Below are positions 42,987 to 54,674 of a stretch of DNA of 64,000 nucleotides, piece by piece. Within the stretch, counting starts at the first letter, position 1. Every line of letters starts with the position of its first letter. The notes under the pieces are model-generated. The model was not told the DNA's origin. It ran no database searches and saw only the letters and a list, made by a program, of their open reading frames with translations. Origin of the DNA: an uncultured Gammaproteobacteria bacterium (lineage in GTDB: Bacteria; Patescibacteriota; Patescibacteriia; UBA9570; JBBTWU01); NCBI GenBank assembly GCA_964364425.1, contig CAYIMB010000001.1, forward strand, positions 6,941-70,940, written 5' to 3'. A program made the translations under genes and the position numbers.

Positions 42987-43244
42987 ATGTTGCAACCCCT
43001 CATGTTTCTTGTCCTCGTCATGGGGCTGTTCGCCGCCCCGTCCACCGCCAACGCCCGGCCGCCCAAGCACCACCAGGCGGCGGCGAGTCACCACGTCCGC
43101 GCCTACGGCCACCACCGCCCGCCCCCGACCCGCATCTACGGCATGCACACCCCGCTGCCCATCCCGCCCGCGGGCATGAAGTGGTACTACAAGGACGGGT
43201 CCAAGGGCCACTACTGGTACCTGGCCCCGGCGCCGGCCTACTAG
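42987..43244 (+). CDS. small secreted Pro/His-rich protein on a high-GC segment
   Basis: AGGAG 6 nt before ATG, signal peptide ending ANA, nearly all third positions G/C, shares RxxGMHTx7GMKWYY with upstream ORF. Confidence 0.82.
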   Translation: MLQPLMFLVLVMGLFAAPSTANARPPKHHQAAASHHVRAYGHHRPPPTRIYGMHTPLPIPPAGMKWYYKDGSKGHYWYLAPAPAY

Positions 43245-43286
43245 GGCCAGCCTGTCCAGCCCACATCCCGCTGCACCTTGCCATGT

Positions 43287-43329
43287 TGCGGGTCGAATGG
43301 AGCTTCTTCGGAAGCACCTTCGGCCCGCA
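43287..43329 (+). terminator. long hairpin with C(UUCG)G tetraloop after the high-GC ORF
   Basis: TGCGGGTCGAA..GCTTC-TTCG-GAAGC..TTCGGCCCGCA followed by a pyrimidine run. Confidence 0.65.
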
Positions 43330-43375
43330 CCTCGTCTCTCTTTTCAAATATACAACAAACCTTTATCATGCCTCC

Positions 43376-45577
43376 ATGCAAGACCAAGTCATTCTCAAAT
43401 TACGCTTTCCCTTTGAAGACGCTTTGCGAGACCCAGTTGAACGTGTGGGAAAATTTGAGTCATTTTTTTACAACGTGTTTCATTTGATGCTCAAGCGCGG
43501 TGAAGTCATGTCATTTGAAATTGTGCAGATTAACGGGATCATGGATTTTTATATTGTGGCACCACGTATTTTGGTTCCCGCAGTACAATCTTTTCTGTAC
43601 GGTGTGATGCCAGATGCTTCTATTGATGAAGTGCAAACCTATGAACACCTTGATGCACTTCCATCTCAAGCCGTTGGGTTTCACCCGCGCTTAAAAGGAA
43701 GTGAAGCCTTCAGCTTACGATCATTCCGTTCCTCAGCCGGGGATCCGTTAAACGCATTTTTTAATTTACTGTCGGCTGTCCCTTCAACCGACGCAGTGTT
43801 TTATCAAGTCTTAGTCCGCACCATTGACGAGTCTTTAACTGGAGAAGAGGGGACAAGTGTGTATGGCTTTACAGAAAAACAAGAAACGGAAGAAGCGAAA
43901 CCAAAGTTCAGCACCACGGTGCGTATGTTGTACTTTCCTCAAGACGCTGAAGATATTAAAACGCGTAGCTTGTCATTTGAAAACGTGTTTAGCCCATTCT
44001 CTACAGAACACAATCATATTGAAGTACAAACCGTGGCCAACATTCAACAGTTTGTAGATGAATATTTCCGGCGCACAGAACAGGCGACTGGTGTGTTTAC
44101 CACAGAAGAAATCGCGTCCTTTTTCCACTCACCGGATCCAGCCGCAAAAATCCGTGGTGTGAACTGGTTGTATTCAAGACGAGCTGAACCACCTATGAAT
44201 CTGCCTTCCTTGAAGAACTGTGAGGAAGATGAATTGTCCATGTTTGGTGAAACCAACTTTCGCGGTCAGCAATTAGAATTTGGAGTGAAGCGGGAAGACC
44301 GTAGACGGCATTTGTATATTGTGGGTAAGAGCGGTACGGGTAAATCGAAGTTATTGGAGAAACTGATTAGTGACGATATTAAGGCAGGTAAAGGGGTGTG
44401 CGTCATAGACCCGCACGGTGACTTGATTCAAGCCTTGTTGTATCACATTCCGCAAGAACGCGTAGAGGATTTGGTGTATTTTAATCCTGCGGACTTGGAT
44501 TTTCCCATTGCGTTTAATCCCATTGCCAACGTGACCCGAGAGTTCAAGCAACAGGTGGCGCAAGGCATGATTGAAATTTTCAAGAAATTTTTTGGTGCGG
44601 ACTGGAGTCCCAAGATTGAACACGTGTTCCGCTTTACTGTTTTGGCCTTGTTGGATTATAAGAAAGCCACGTTGATGGGTATGCAGAAAATGTTGACCGA
44701 CCGACCATACCGCCAAAGTGTCATTTCAGAAATTCAAGATCATGTGGTTAAAAAATTCTGGGCCAATGAATTTTCTAGTTGGTCAGAAAAATTTGATAAT
44801 GAAGCTATTGTGCCTTTGGTGAACAAATTAGGACAGTTTTTGGCAAATGAGATGGTGCGCAACATAGTCTCACAAACTCAAAATAAGATTGACTTTGATG
44901 ATATTATGAATAACCAACGGATTCTGTTGGTTGAATTATCTAAAGGAAAATTGGGTGAAGAGAATTCTGCTTTACTTGGTTCTTTGATTATCACCAAGAT
45001 TGAACAAGCTGGTATGGCACGGGCCTTTGTTTCGGCTCAAGAACGTAAGGACTTCTACCTGTATGTAGATGAGTTCCAAAATTTTGCCACCAAAACGTTT
45101 GATAACATTTTGTCTGAGGCCCGTAAGTATAAACTCAACCTCACCATCTCACATCAATACTTAGGACAACTCTTAAGCTCTACCCGTGAGACGGTGTTTG
45201 GAAACGTTGGTTCTATTATTACTTTCCGTTTAGGCGCAGAAGATGCCGGATATATTGCCAATGAGTTTACTCCACGCTTTACGGCCTATGATGTGATGAA
45301 CCTATCTGTACGAGAAATGTACGTCAAAATGTCCATTGCTGGTGTAGTGGCGCCGCCTTTCTCGGCTCGTACCATGAATGTAGAAGACCCAGAATTTAAT
45401 GAGACCATGCACAATCGTCTGATTGAAGCTTCCCGGAATAAGTATGCAACCCCACTGGCTGAGGTGGAAGCTGAGATTGCCGGAATTGATCAGATAGTTG
45501 TCAGTTCTAATGGAACGGGCAAGCTGGCGGCGCAAGCGGAGTCAACAGATACCGTATTTGAGGCACCTCTGGTGTAA
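43376..45577 (+). CDS. VirD4/TraG/TrwB-like (HerA-FtsK superfamily) ATPase
   Basis: DRRRHLYIVGKSGTGKS, VIDPHGD, FYLYVDEFQNF, LSEARKY, HQYLGQL, VFGNVGS; TATCAT box 6 nt before ATG 43376. Confidence 0.9.
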   Translation: MQDQVILKLRFPFEDALRDPVERVGKFESFFYNVFHLMLKRGEVMSFEIVQINGIMDFYIVAPRILVPAVQSFLYGVMPDASIDEVQTYEHLDALPSQAVGFHPRLKGSEAFSLRSFRSSAGDPLNAFFNLLSAVPSTDAVFYQVLVRTIDESLTGEEGTSVYGFTEKQETEEAKPKFSTTVRMLYFPQDAEDIKTRSLSFENVFSPFSTEHNHIEVQTVANIQQFVDEYFRRTEQATGVFTTEEIASFFHSPDPAAKIRGVNWLYSRRAEPPMNLPSLKNCEEDELSMFGETNFRGQQLEFGVKREDRRRHLYIVGKSGTGKSKLLEKLISDDIKAGKGVCVIDPHGDLIQALLYHIPQERVEDLVYFNPADLDFPIAFNPIANVTREFKQQVAQGMIEIFKKFFGADWSPKIEHVFRFTVLALLDYKKATLMGMQKMLTDRPYRQSVISEIQDHVVKKFWANEFSSWSEKFDNEAIVPLVNKLGQFLANEMVRNIVSQTQNKIDFDDIMNNQRILLVELSKGKLGEENSALLGSLIITKIEQAGMARAFVSAQERKDFYLYVDEFQNFATKTFDNILSEARKYKLNLTISHQYLGQLLSSTRETVFGNVGSIITFRLGAEDAGYIANEFTPRFTAYDVMNLSVREMYVKMSIAGVVAPPFSARTMNVEDPEFNETMHNRLIEASRNKYATPLAEVEAEIAGIDQIVVSSNGTGKLAAQAESTDTVFEAPLV

Positions 45578-45604
45578 ATCGAACTGGTCTGATACTGTTT
45601 TGGC

Positions 45605-47359
45605 ATGTCCACTTGCCAAAATTGTCATACGAATTTTCCTATCACGCAGCGTGAAGCGGACTTTCACGCCCGCTTATCTGTTCCAGCCCCAACTTGGTGT
45701 TTTGAATGCCGTTTGCAACGGAAAATGATGTTCCGGAATTATCAAAACCTATCTCGTCAGAAGTGCTTGAAGTGTGGGAAAGAAATAATTTCCATGTTTT
45801 CTGAACAGAGCCCAGTCACGGTCTGGTGTTCAGATTGTTTTGTTTCGGACACTTGGGAGGCCCAAGACTTTGCGTTGGAGGTTGATTTCTCAAGACCATT
45901 TTTATCTCAAGTCCGTGAACTGATGCAGACTGTTCCTCAACAACATTTGAACCAAAAGCAGAATGAAAATAGTCCTTGGAACAACCACCAAAGTCAGAGT
46001 AAAAATTGTTACATGAATTTTGGTGGAATAGCTAATGAAGATGGAGCTTACAACCATTGGTCTGGCTTCACAGCCAACTGTTTGGATAACTATGCCCTGC
46101 TGAATTCACAGGTCTGTTATGAAACAAACTTAGTGACTGAATGTTACCAAACATTTTTTTCCCATTTTGTTTTTAACTCGCATGAAGTGTATTTTTCTGA
46201 AAATTGTTTTAACTCTTCCAACATCATTGGCTGCTTCAATTTAAAAAGTAAATCGTATCATATTATTAATCAACCGGTGGCTCCGGATGAATTTAGACAA
46301 GAATTGAAGAAACTCCGCAGTTACGCCTACCAGCAAGAGTTCAAACAACGGTTTTGTGCTTTCAAGCTCACTCAACCATATCCTGCCGTTCACCATGTGG
46401 CCACCACTGATTCTACCGGCGACTATTTGGTCCGGAGCCATAATAATGTCAACATTTTTACTGCGGTTGAAGTTCAAAATTGCACTAATGCCTTCAGTGT
46501 TGGCTTTATAAAGGATTGTATGGATATGTTTTCCAGTAGTTTGGGGACGGAGTTATGTTATGAGTATGGTGGTGATGGCCAGAAATGCTATAAGGTACTT
46601 TTTTCTTTTGATTGTGAACAATCTCAGGACTTATTCTATAGCTATCATTGTTTTAATTGCTCTGATTGTTTTGGCTGCGTTGGTCTGAAAAATAAACAAT
46701 ATTGTATTTTGAACAAGCAATATAGCAAAGAGGAGTACCAAGCGTTGCTGCCAAAATTAAAACAGCACATGGGTAATCTCCCATATACAGATGCCAAGGG
46801 GAGAGTCTATCCGTTTGGAGAATTTTTTCCGGGAGAACTCTCGTCTTTTCCCTATAATGACAGCATTGCACAAGATTTTTATCCCCTCACGGCTGAACAA
46901 GCTCAAACACAAGGCATGAGATGGCGGCCAGAAAAATCAGCTCAGTATACTCCAACCGTTCAAGCCACTAACTTACCAGATCAGATTGACCAGGTACCAG
47001 ACTCCATCTTAAAAGAGATTATAGCCTGCGAACATGAAGGAACCTGTAGTGACCACTGCACCCGGGTGTTTCCTATTATTCCCATGGAGCTGGAATTTTT
47101 GAGAACCTACGGGATGCCCCTGCCTCACCTCTGCCCAAATTGTAGACACATCAGGCGGGTGAAACAAAAGAACTCTATGAAACTGTGGGAACGAGCATGC
47201 CAATGCGCTGGCACCACTAGCCAAAGCAAAGCCTACCAGAACCAGGTTGCTCATGATCATAGGGCTTCCGCCTGTCCGCGCGTGTTTTCCACCACCTACG
47301 CCCCAGAACGGCTGGAGATGATTTACTGCCAAGAATGCTACCAGGCGGAAGTGGTCTAG
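45605..47359 (+). CDS. cysteine-rich hypothetical protein with multiple CxxC zinc-ribbon motifs and repeats
   Basis: CQNC, CFEC, CLKC, CSDC, CFGCVGL..KQYCILNKQYSKEEY, CPNCR, YCQECY. Confidence 0.85.
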   Translation: MSTCQNCHTNFPITQREADFHARLSVPAPTWCFECRLQRKMMFRNYQNLSRQKCLKCGKEIISMFSEQSPVTVWCSDCFVSDTWEAQDFALEVDFSRPFLSQVRELMQTVPQQHLNQKQNENSPWNNHQSQSKNCYMNFGGIANEDGAYNHWSGFTANCLDNYALLNSQVCYETNLVTECYQTFFSHFVFNSHEVYFSENCFNSSNIIGCFNLKSKSYHIINQPVAPDEFRQELKKLRSYAYQQEFKQRFCAFKLTQPYPAVHHVATTDSTGDYLVRSHNNVNIFTAVEVQNCTNAFSVGFIKDCMDMFSSSLGTELCYEYGGDGQKCYKVLFSFDCEQSQDLFYSYHCFNCSDCFGCVGLKNKQYCILNKQYSKEEYQALLPKLKQHMGNLPYTDAKGRVYPFGEFFPGELSSFPYNDSIAQDFYPLTAEQAQTQGMRWRPEKSAQYTPTVQATNLPDQIDQVPDSILKEIIACEHEGTCSDHCTRVFPIIPMELEFLRTYGMPLPHLCPNCRHIRRVKQKNSMKLWERACQCAGTTSQSKAYQNQVAHDHRASACPRVFSTTYAPERLEMIYCQECYQAEVV

Positions 47360-47417
47360 GGAAAATCGAAACACCCAATCCTTCCCAACTTAGCTAAAAA
47401 TCAGTATAATTTTTGGC

Positions 47418-47858
47418 ATGTCTTTACCCCGTTTTTTGTTTTTCACCGCAGTTGGTACGCTGGTGTGTATATTGGCCTGGTTGTTTGTGTTGTTTTTTAT
47501 AGATCCGACTCAGGGTGGGGCCATTGGACCCACATTATTTTTCATCAGTCTCTACTTAAGCGTATTTGGAATATTTCTCTTGATTGGCTTCTTTATCCGC
47601 TTAATCATTCACAAACAAGAGCCTCCCTTCCACCATGTTGCTATCTCCTTGCGCCAATCCTTTTGGCTCGCTACTCTGCTGGTACTCTCCTTAATCCTCC
47701 AGTGGAACGGTCTATTTGAATGGTGGATAGGAGTCCTGCTAGTTATAGGCTTCTCTGTACTTGAAGCATTTTTCCTCTCCCGGGCTGTGGATAAACGTTC
47801 CAAGCGTCGTCCAGTCCATCACCCTCAATCCCACGAAATTGAACACCCAGTCAACTAA
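47418..47858 (+). CDS. hypothetical four-TM membrane protein
   Basis: Hydrophobic helices, IDP and SLRQ motifs, TATAAT box 7 nt upstream. Confidence 0.75.
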   Translation: MSLPRFLFFTAVGTLVCILAWLFVLFFIDPTQGGAIGPTLFFISLYLSVFGIFLLIGFFIRLIIHKQEPPFHHVAISLRQSFWLATLLVLSLILQWNGLFEWWIGVLLVIGFSVLEAFFLSRAVDKRSKRRPVHHPQSHEIEHPVN

Positions 47859-47859
47859 T

Positions 47860-48879
47860 ATGTACGAAAAAGAAATAGAACAAGCCAAAGAGCAATTGCG
47901 AAAAATTGATTCCCCGCAGACGTTGGAAGAGTTTCGTGTGAGATGGTTGGGACGCAAAGACGGCATGGTGACCCAAGCCATGAAGAAGATTGCTGAGTTG
48001 CCAAAACAAGAACGGGCGGAGGCGGGGCAGTCAGCAAATCGATTTAAAAGTATCATTGAAACCGAATTTGAGTTAGTCAAACAACAACTGGAGCAAGCCA
48101 CGCACAAACAAACGGTGGTAGACCCAACCTGGCCAGGAACAGTTCCACCCTCTGGCTCCATTCACCCGGTGACTCAAATGATTTTCAAAATCTGGGAAGT
48201 GTTCTCTGATATGAATTTTAAAATCTGTGAGGGTCCTGAAATAGAAACAGACTGGAACAACTTTGAAGCGTTGAATGTCCCAAAGCATCATCCAGCTCGG
48301 GATATGCAGGATACCTTTTATACCCCAGGCGGATTTTTGTTGCGCACACATACCACGGCAACGAACGCAAGGGTCATTCTTGGGGAACAGAGAAAGTCAC
48401 CGATTCGGATTTTATCAACGGGTAAATGTTACCGGCGTGATTCTTCCTTGCGGCATAGTCCTATGTTTCATCAATTTGACGGGGTGATGATTGATAAGGA
48501 TATTTCAATGAGTAACCTCAAGTGGACTTTAGAAGTTGCCTTATCAAAGACATTGGAGCAGGAGATAAAAGTTCGCTTACGCTATTCATATTTTCCGTTT
48601 GTTGAGCCTGGAGCAGAATTTGATGTGACCTGTACCATTTGTGCCGGCTCAGGTTGCGCGGTATGTAAGCACTCAGGTTGGTTGGAATTAGGTGGTTGCG
48701 GCATGTTGCATCCTAATGTGTTGCGTAATTTGGGCTTGGATCCAAAAGAAGTGCAAGGATGGGCCTTTGGATTCGGGATTGAGCGGCCTATGATGATTAA
48801 ACACCGTATTCCAAACATCCGCCTCTTCTTTGATAATGACCCGCGCTTCTTATCTCAATTTCAAGCACCATCTGTATGA
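47860..48879 (+). CDS. pheS: phenylalanine--tRNA ligase alpha subunit
   Basis: HPARDMQDTFY, LLRTHT, H.PMFHQ, YFPFVEP, AFGFGIER. Confidence 0.97.
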   Translation: MYEKEIEQAKEQLRKIDSPQTLEEFRVRWLGRKDGMVTQAMKKIAELPKQERAEAGQSANRFKSIIETEFELVKQQLEQATHKQTVVDPTWPGTVPPSGSIHPVTQMIFKIWEVFSDMNFKICEGPEIETDWNNFEALNVPKHHPARDMQDTFYTPGGFLLRTHTTATNARVILGEQRKSPIRILSTGKCYRRDSSLRHSPMFHQFDGVMIDKDISMSNLKWTLEVALSKTLEQEIKVRLRYSYFPFVEPGAEFDVTCTICAGSGCAVCKHSGWLELGGCGMLHPNVLRNLGLDPKEVQGWAFGFGIERPMMIKHRIPNIRLFFDNDPRFLSQFQAPSV

Positions 48880-51254
48880 AAGTAATTCAATCTTGGTTAG
48901 CTGATTACATCCTACGCTTCAATATCTCACCTGAAAAATTGAGCGCTTTACTGACGGCGCGAGCGGTGGAGGTGGATGAAGTCCTTGATCTCAAAGATAA
49001 ACTTCAATCCATTGTGGTGGGAAAAATTCTGACCATGGAAAAGCATCCAAATGCTGCCCGTTTACGCGTGGCTAAAGTCAGTCTTGGAGCTAAACGGTTA
49101 TCTATTGTATGTGGTGCGCCAAATATATACGCCGGAATGTACGTGGCTGTGGCTCAACCCGGTGCTCATGTGGTGGATATGCAGAGCGGGGAGTGGAAAC
49201 AACTTGAGGCAGCCACTATCCGTGGTGTAGCCAGTGAAGGGATGATTGTGGGAGCAGATGAGTTGGCTTTGGCGACTGGAGCAGCTGCGCAGAATGAACG
49301 ACTGGTCATGGACTTAACTGAGGTGGCAAAAGATACTCACGTAGGGAAATCAATTGTCTCTGTACTAGATGTTTCCCCGGTATACGACTTGGATGTGTTG
49401 GCCAATAGACCAGACTTGATGAGTCACCGCGGTGTGGCCAAAGAAATTGCAGGCTTGTTGAAATTGAAATATACCGAACCAACGTTGTCGCTTCCAAAAG
49501 CACGTAGTAAAAAAGCCCCAATCACCATTCAAATTCAGGCTAAACGGTTAGTTCCACGGTATGCTGGCTTGGTGCTGAGTGGAGTGAAGTTTCAACCGTC
49601 ACCACTCTGGATGCAACACCGATTGCGTCGTGCTGGCATTAGGCCAATTAATCTGGTCGTAGATGTGACCAACTACGTTATGTTGGATGTGGGGCAACCT
49701 CTGCACGCTTTTGATTTGGACAAAGTGGTGAAATTCATGAGAGTGAGAGAGTCTAAAAAAGGGGAGAAGCTGATGACTTTAGATGGCAAGCAACATGAGC
49801 TTCCACCGGGAGCTATAGTGATTGAAGATGGTAGCGGTTTGATTGATTTGGCTGGAATTATGGGCGGACAGTCCAGCATGATCACTGACCAAACTCAAAG
49901 AATTTTCATACAAGCAGCGGTGTTTAGTCCTGAACGTGTGCGCATGACTTCTCGGGCACTGGGACACCGCACAGAAGCTTCAGGTCGATATGAAAAAGGT
50001 GTTTCACCAGTATTAGTGGATCAAGCCTTACAACTGGCCTATGACTTATTGCACCGCCTGATGCCATCCGTGCAGTTGGAATCTATGGTTGATATCAAGC
50101 AGCCGGTCAGTGCTCCAGTGCAGGTTGTTATACGCACAGCTAAAACCAATTCACTCTTGGGCTCTAGAGTCACCCCTCAACAGATTGAAACAGTCATAAA
50201 GACTTTAGGGTTTACTGTATTGAAGAAAACCCAAGATAGTTTAAAGGTTCGTCCACCGCTCCACCGCTTAGATGTGAAGATTGAAGAAGACGTGATTGAA
50301 GAAGTTGGACGCTACATGGATTATAACTCCTTGCCTAAAACCGGACCTGTCCTACAACTTGAACCAGCCCCAACTACAGACGCCATTCGTTTGCGGCCAA
50401 TGATTTTTTCTACACTGGCTACTGCAGGCTGGACTGAAGTGATGCAGTTGTCGTTCACCAATGCGCAGCATATAAAACTTACCGGAAAGACGGAAAAGGA
50501 ATATATGCGTCTGGTCAATCCCATGAGCGAAGATCAAGCATTCATGCGTTCTGAGTTGTTGTCTACGTTAGTTACTTTGGCCAAGAAACACCTACGTCTA
50601 GGAACTACTCCAAAAATCTTTGAACTCGCCAAGGTATTTATTGCCCAGGGAACAGACTGGGCAGAAATTCCGCACCTGGCTGGCATGACTGTAGGCAAAG
50701 ACAGCTTTGCTCAGGTAAAGGGGGGTGCTGAGGCGCTACTGAAACGCCTACATATAGACCAAGTAAGGTTTGAACCAGCAACTCACTGGGCTTTTTATCC
50801 AGATACTTGTCTCAGTCTTAAGCTCGGAAAGGAATCAATAGGAACTATTGGCCAAATTAATCCAGAACTAGCTAAACAACTAGGAGTAGATCAACCTTGT
50901 GCCGGGTTTGAGTTATCTTATGATCAACTTATTCACTTAACTTCACCTCGCTTTGCTTATCAAGATATCCCAGTCTTCCCCAACATCATTTTAGATATTT
51001 CAGTGATCATTCCTGAGAACATCCAGTGGAAAGCGGTAGAAGAAGTGGTGCGGAATTTCGGCGGGGAGTTTTTATCTGAAGTAAAACCTTTTGATATTTA
51101 TACTGGAGATCCCATTCCGAAGGGTAAAAAGAACCTCGCTTTCAGGGTAGAATTTCAGGCCAAAGACAGAACGTTGGAGATGTCGGAAGCGGAAAACGCC
51201 AGAACTCAAATTGTGGCCCAGTTGAACCAAAAATGGGGTGCAAATTTGCGCTAA
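48876..51254 (+). CDS. pheT: phenylalanine--tRNA ligase beta subunit
   Basis: HPNA.RL, IVCGAPN, NRPDL, VDVTNYV, EEDVIEEVGR, C-terminal FDIYTG..DRTL. Confidence 0.96.
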   Translation: MKVIQSWLADYILRFNISPEKLSALLTARAVEVDEVLDLKDKLQSIVVGKILTMEKHPNAARLRVAKVSLGAKRLSIVCGAPNIYAGMYVAVAQPGAHVVDMQSGEWKQLEAATIRGVASEGMIVGADELALATGAAAQNERLVMDLTEVAKDTHVGKSIVSVLDVSPVYDLDVLANRPDLMSHRGVAKEIAGLLKLKYTEPTLSLPKARSKKAPITIQIQAKRLVPRYAGLVLSGVKFQPSPLWMQHRLRRAGIRPINLVVDVTNYVMLDVGQPLHAFDLDKVVKFMRVRESKKGEKLMTLDGKQHELPPGAIVIEDGSGLIDLAGIMGGQSSMITDQTQRIFIQAAVFSPERVRMTSRALGHRTEASGRYEKGVSPVLVDQALQLAYDLLHRLMPSVQLESMVDIKQPVSAPVQVVIRTAKTNSLLGSRVTPQQIETVIKTLGFTVLKKTQDSLKVRPPLHRLDVKIEEDVIEEVGRYMDYNSLPKTGPVLQLEPAPTTDAIRLRPMIFSTLATAGWTEVMQLSFTNAQHIKLTGKTEKEYMRLVNPMSEDQAFMRSELLSTLVTLAKKHLRLGTTPKIFELAKVFIAQGTDWAEIPHLAGMTVGKDSFAQVKGGAEALLKRLHIDQVRFEPATHWAFYPDTCLSLKLGKESIGTIGQINPELAKQLGVDQPCAGFELSYDQLIHLTSPRFAYQDIPVFPNIILDISVIIPENIQWKAVEEVVRNFGGEFLSEVKPFDIYTGDPIPKGKKNLAFRVEFQAKDRTLEMSEAENARTQIVAQLNQKWGANLR

Positions 51255-51311
51255 GGTTAGCTGAAAAATGTACATCGAACTGGACTTGCTAGGGTGTGTT
51301 CAGTTTGCTAG

Positions 51312-54011
<2,700 letters not shown>

Positions 54012-54025
54012 TACGGCTGATAGTC

Positions 54026-54586
54026 ATGGGAGGTTATACTTGGCCACAACTTATCCTTGGATCGCTCTGGTTTATTTTACCTATTGGCTTGGCTAACATG
54101 GCCCCGGTGCTCTTTCGTTCGGCCATGAAGTTTTTGGCTAAACCAATAGACGGTGGCCGCCTGGTTATGGGCAGGCCGTTATTTGGTTCACACAAAACTT
54201 GGCGCGGATTGATATTTGCTACTGGAGCCGGGGAAATTATTTTTTTGATGCAACTTGGGATCATTGTGACCTTTCCAGATGTGAGGCACATCACCCTGTT
54301 TGATTATTTTAGCGTTCCCTTATGGACTGGGTTCATTCTTGGGTTTGGTGCCATCTTTGGCGACTTATTTAAGAGTTTTGTGAAGCGGCGGGTGAGTGTC
54401 AAACCTGGAGAACGCTGGTTTCCTTTTGATCAAATCGATTATCTGCTGGGAGGGCTGATTGCTATTTCTCTAGTGAATCCCGTGGCCTGGTTTGTGTGGG
54501 TTGCTGTTTTGGTCGGGGGGTTGATTCTCCACTTGTTGGTCAACAATATTGGTTATGCTTTGGGCTTGAAAGATACACGCTGGTAG
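54026..54586 (+). CDS. CarS-like (CDP-archaeol synthase / DUF46) cytidylyltransferase
   Basis: LP...ANMAPV, PIDGG, FG.HKTWRG, GDL.KSF.KRR, PG...PFDQID. Confidence 0.85.
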   Translation: MGGYTWPQLILGSLWFILPIGLANMAPVLFRSAMKFLAKPIDGGRLVMGRPLFGSHKTWRGLIFATGAGEIIFLMQLGIIVTFPDVRHITLFDYFSVPLWTGFILGFGAIFGDLFKSFVKRRVSVKPGERWFPFDQIDYLLGGLIAISLVNPVAWFVWVAVLVGGLILHLLVNNIGYALGLKDTRW

Positions 54587-54593
54587 GCGCTGC

Positions 54594-54622
54594 TTGACTC
54601 CACGCATTCCGTTCTGTATAGT
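54594..54622 (+). promoter_or_regulatory. sigma70-like promoter upstream of secE
   Basis: TTGACT-17 nt-TATAGT. Confidence 0.7.
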
Positions 54623-54630
54623 GTCAACAG

Positions 54631-54653
54631 AAATCCCGCCGCGGGGATTTTTT
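54631..54653 (+). terminator. terminator-like hairpin in the secE leader
   Basis: AAATCCC-GCCGCG-GGGATTT plus T run. Confidence 0.55.
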
Positions 54654-54674
54654 AAGATCGAATATTGATTTGCC

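Noticed and set aside
42908-43375. 156-aa N-terminal extension of the VirD4-like ORF in the ORF track (889 aa from a TTG)
   Set aside because: It is an off-frame read through the high-GC cassette. The overlapping frame has an RBS, signal peptide, GC3 bias and a shared motif, and ATG 43376 has its own -10 box.
54587-54674. tRNA-Trp expected upstream of secE
   Set aside because: No cloverleaf or TTC-containing T-arm; only a promoter and a short hairpin.
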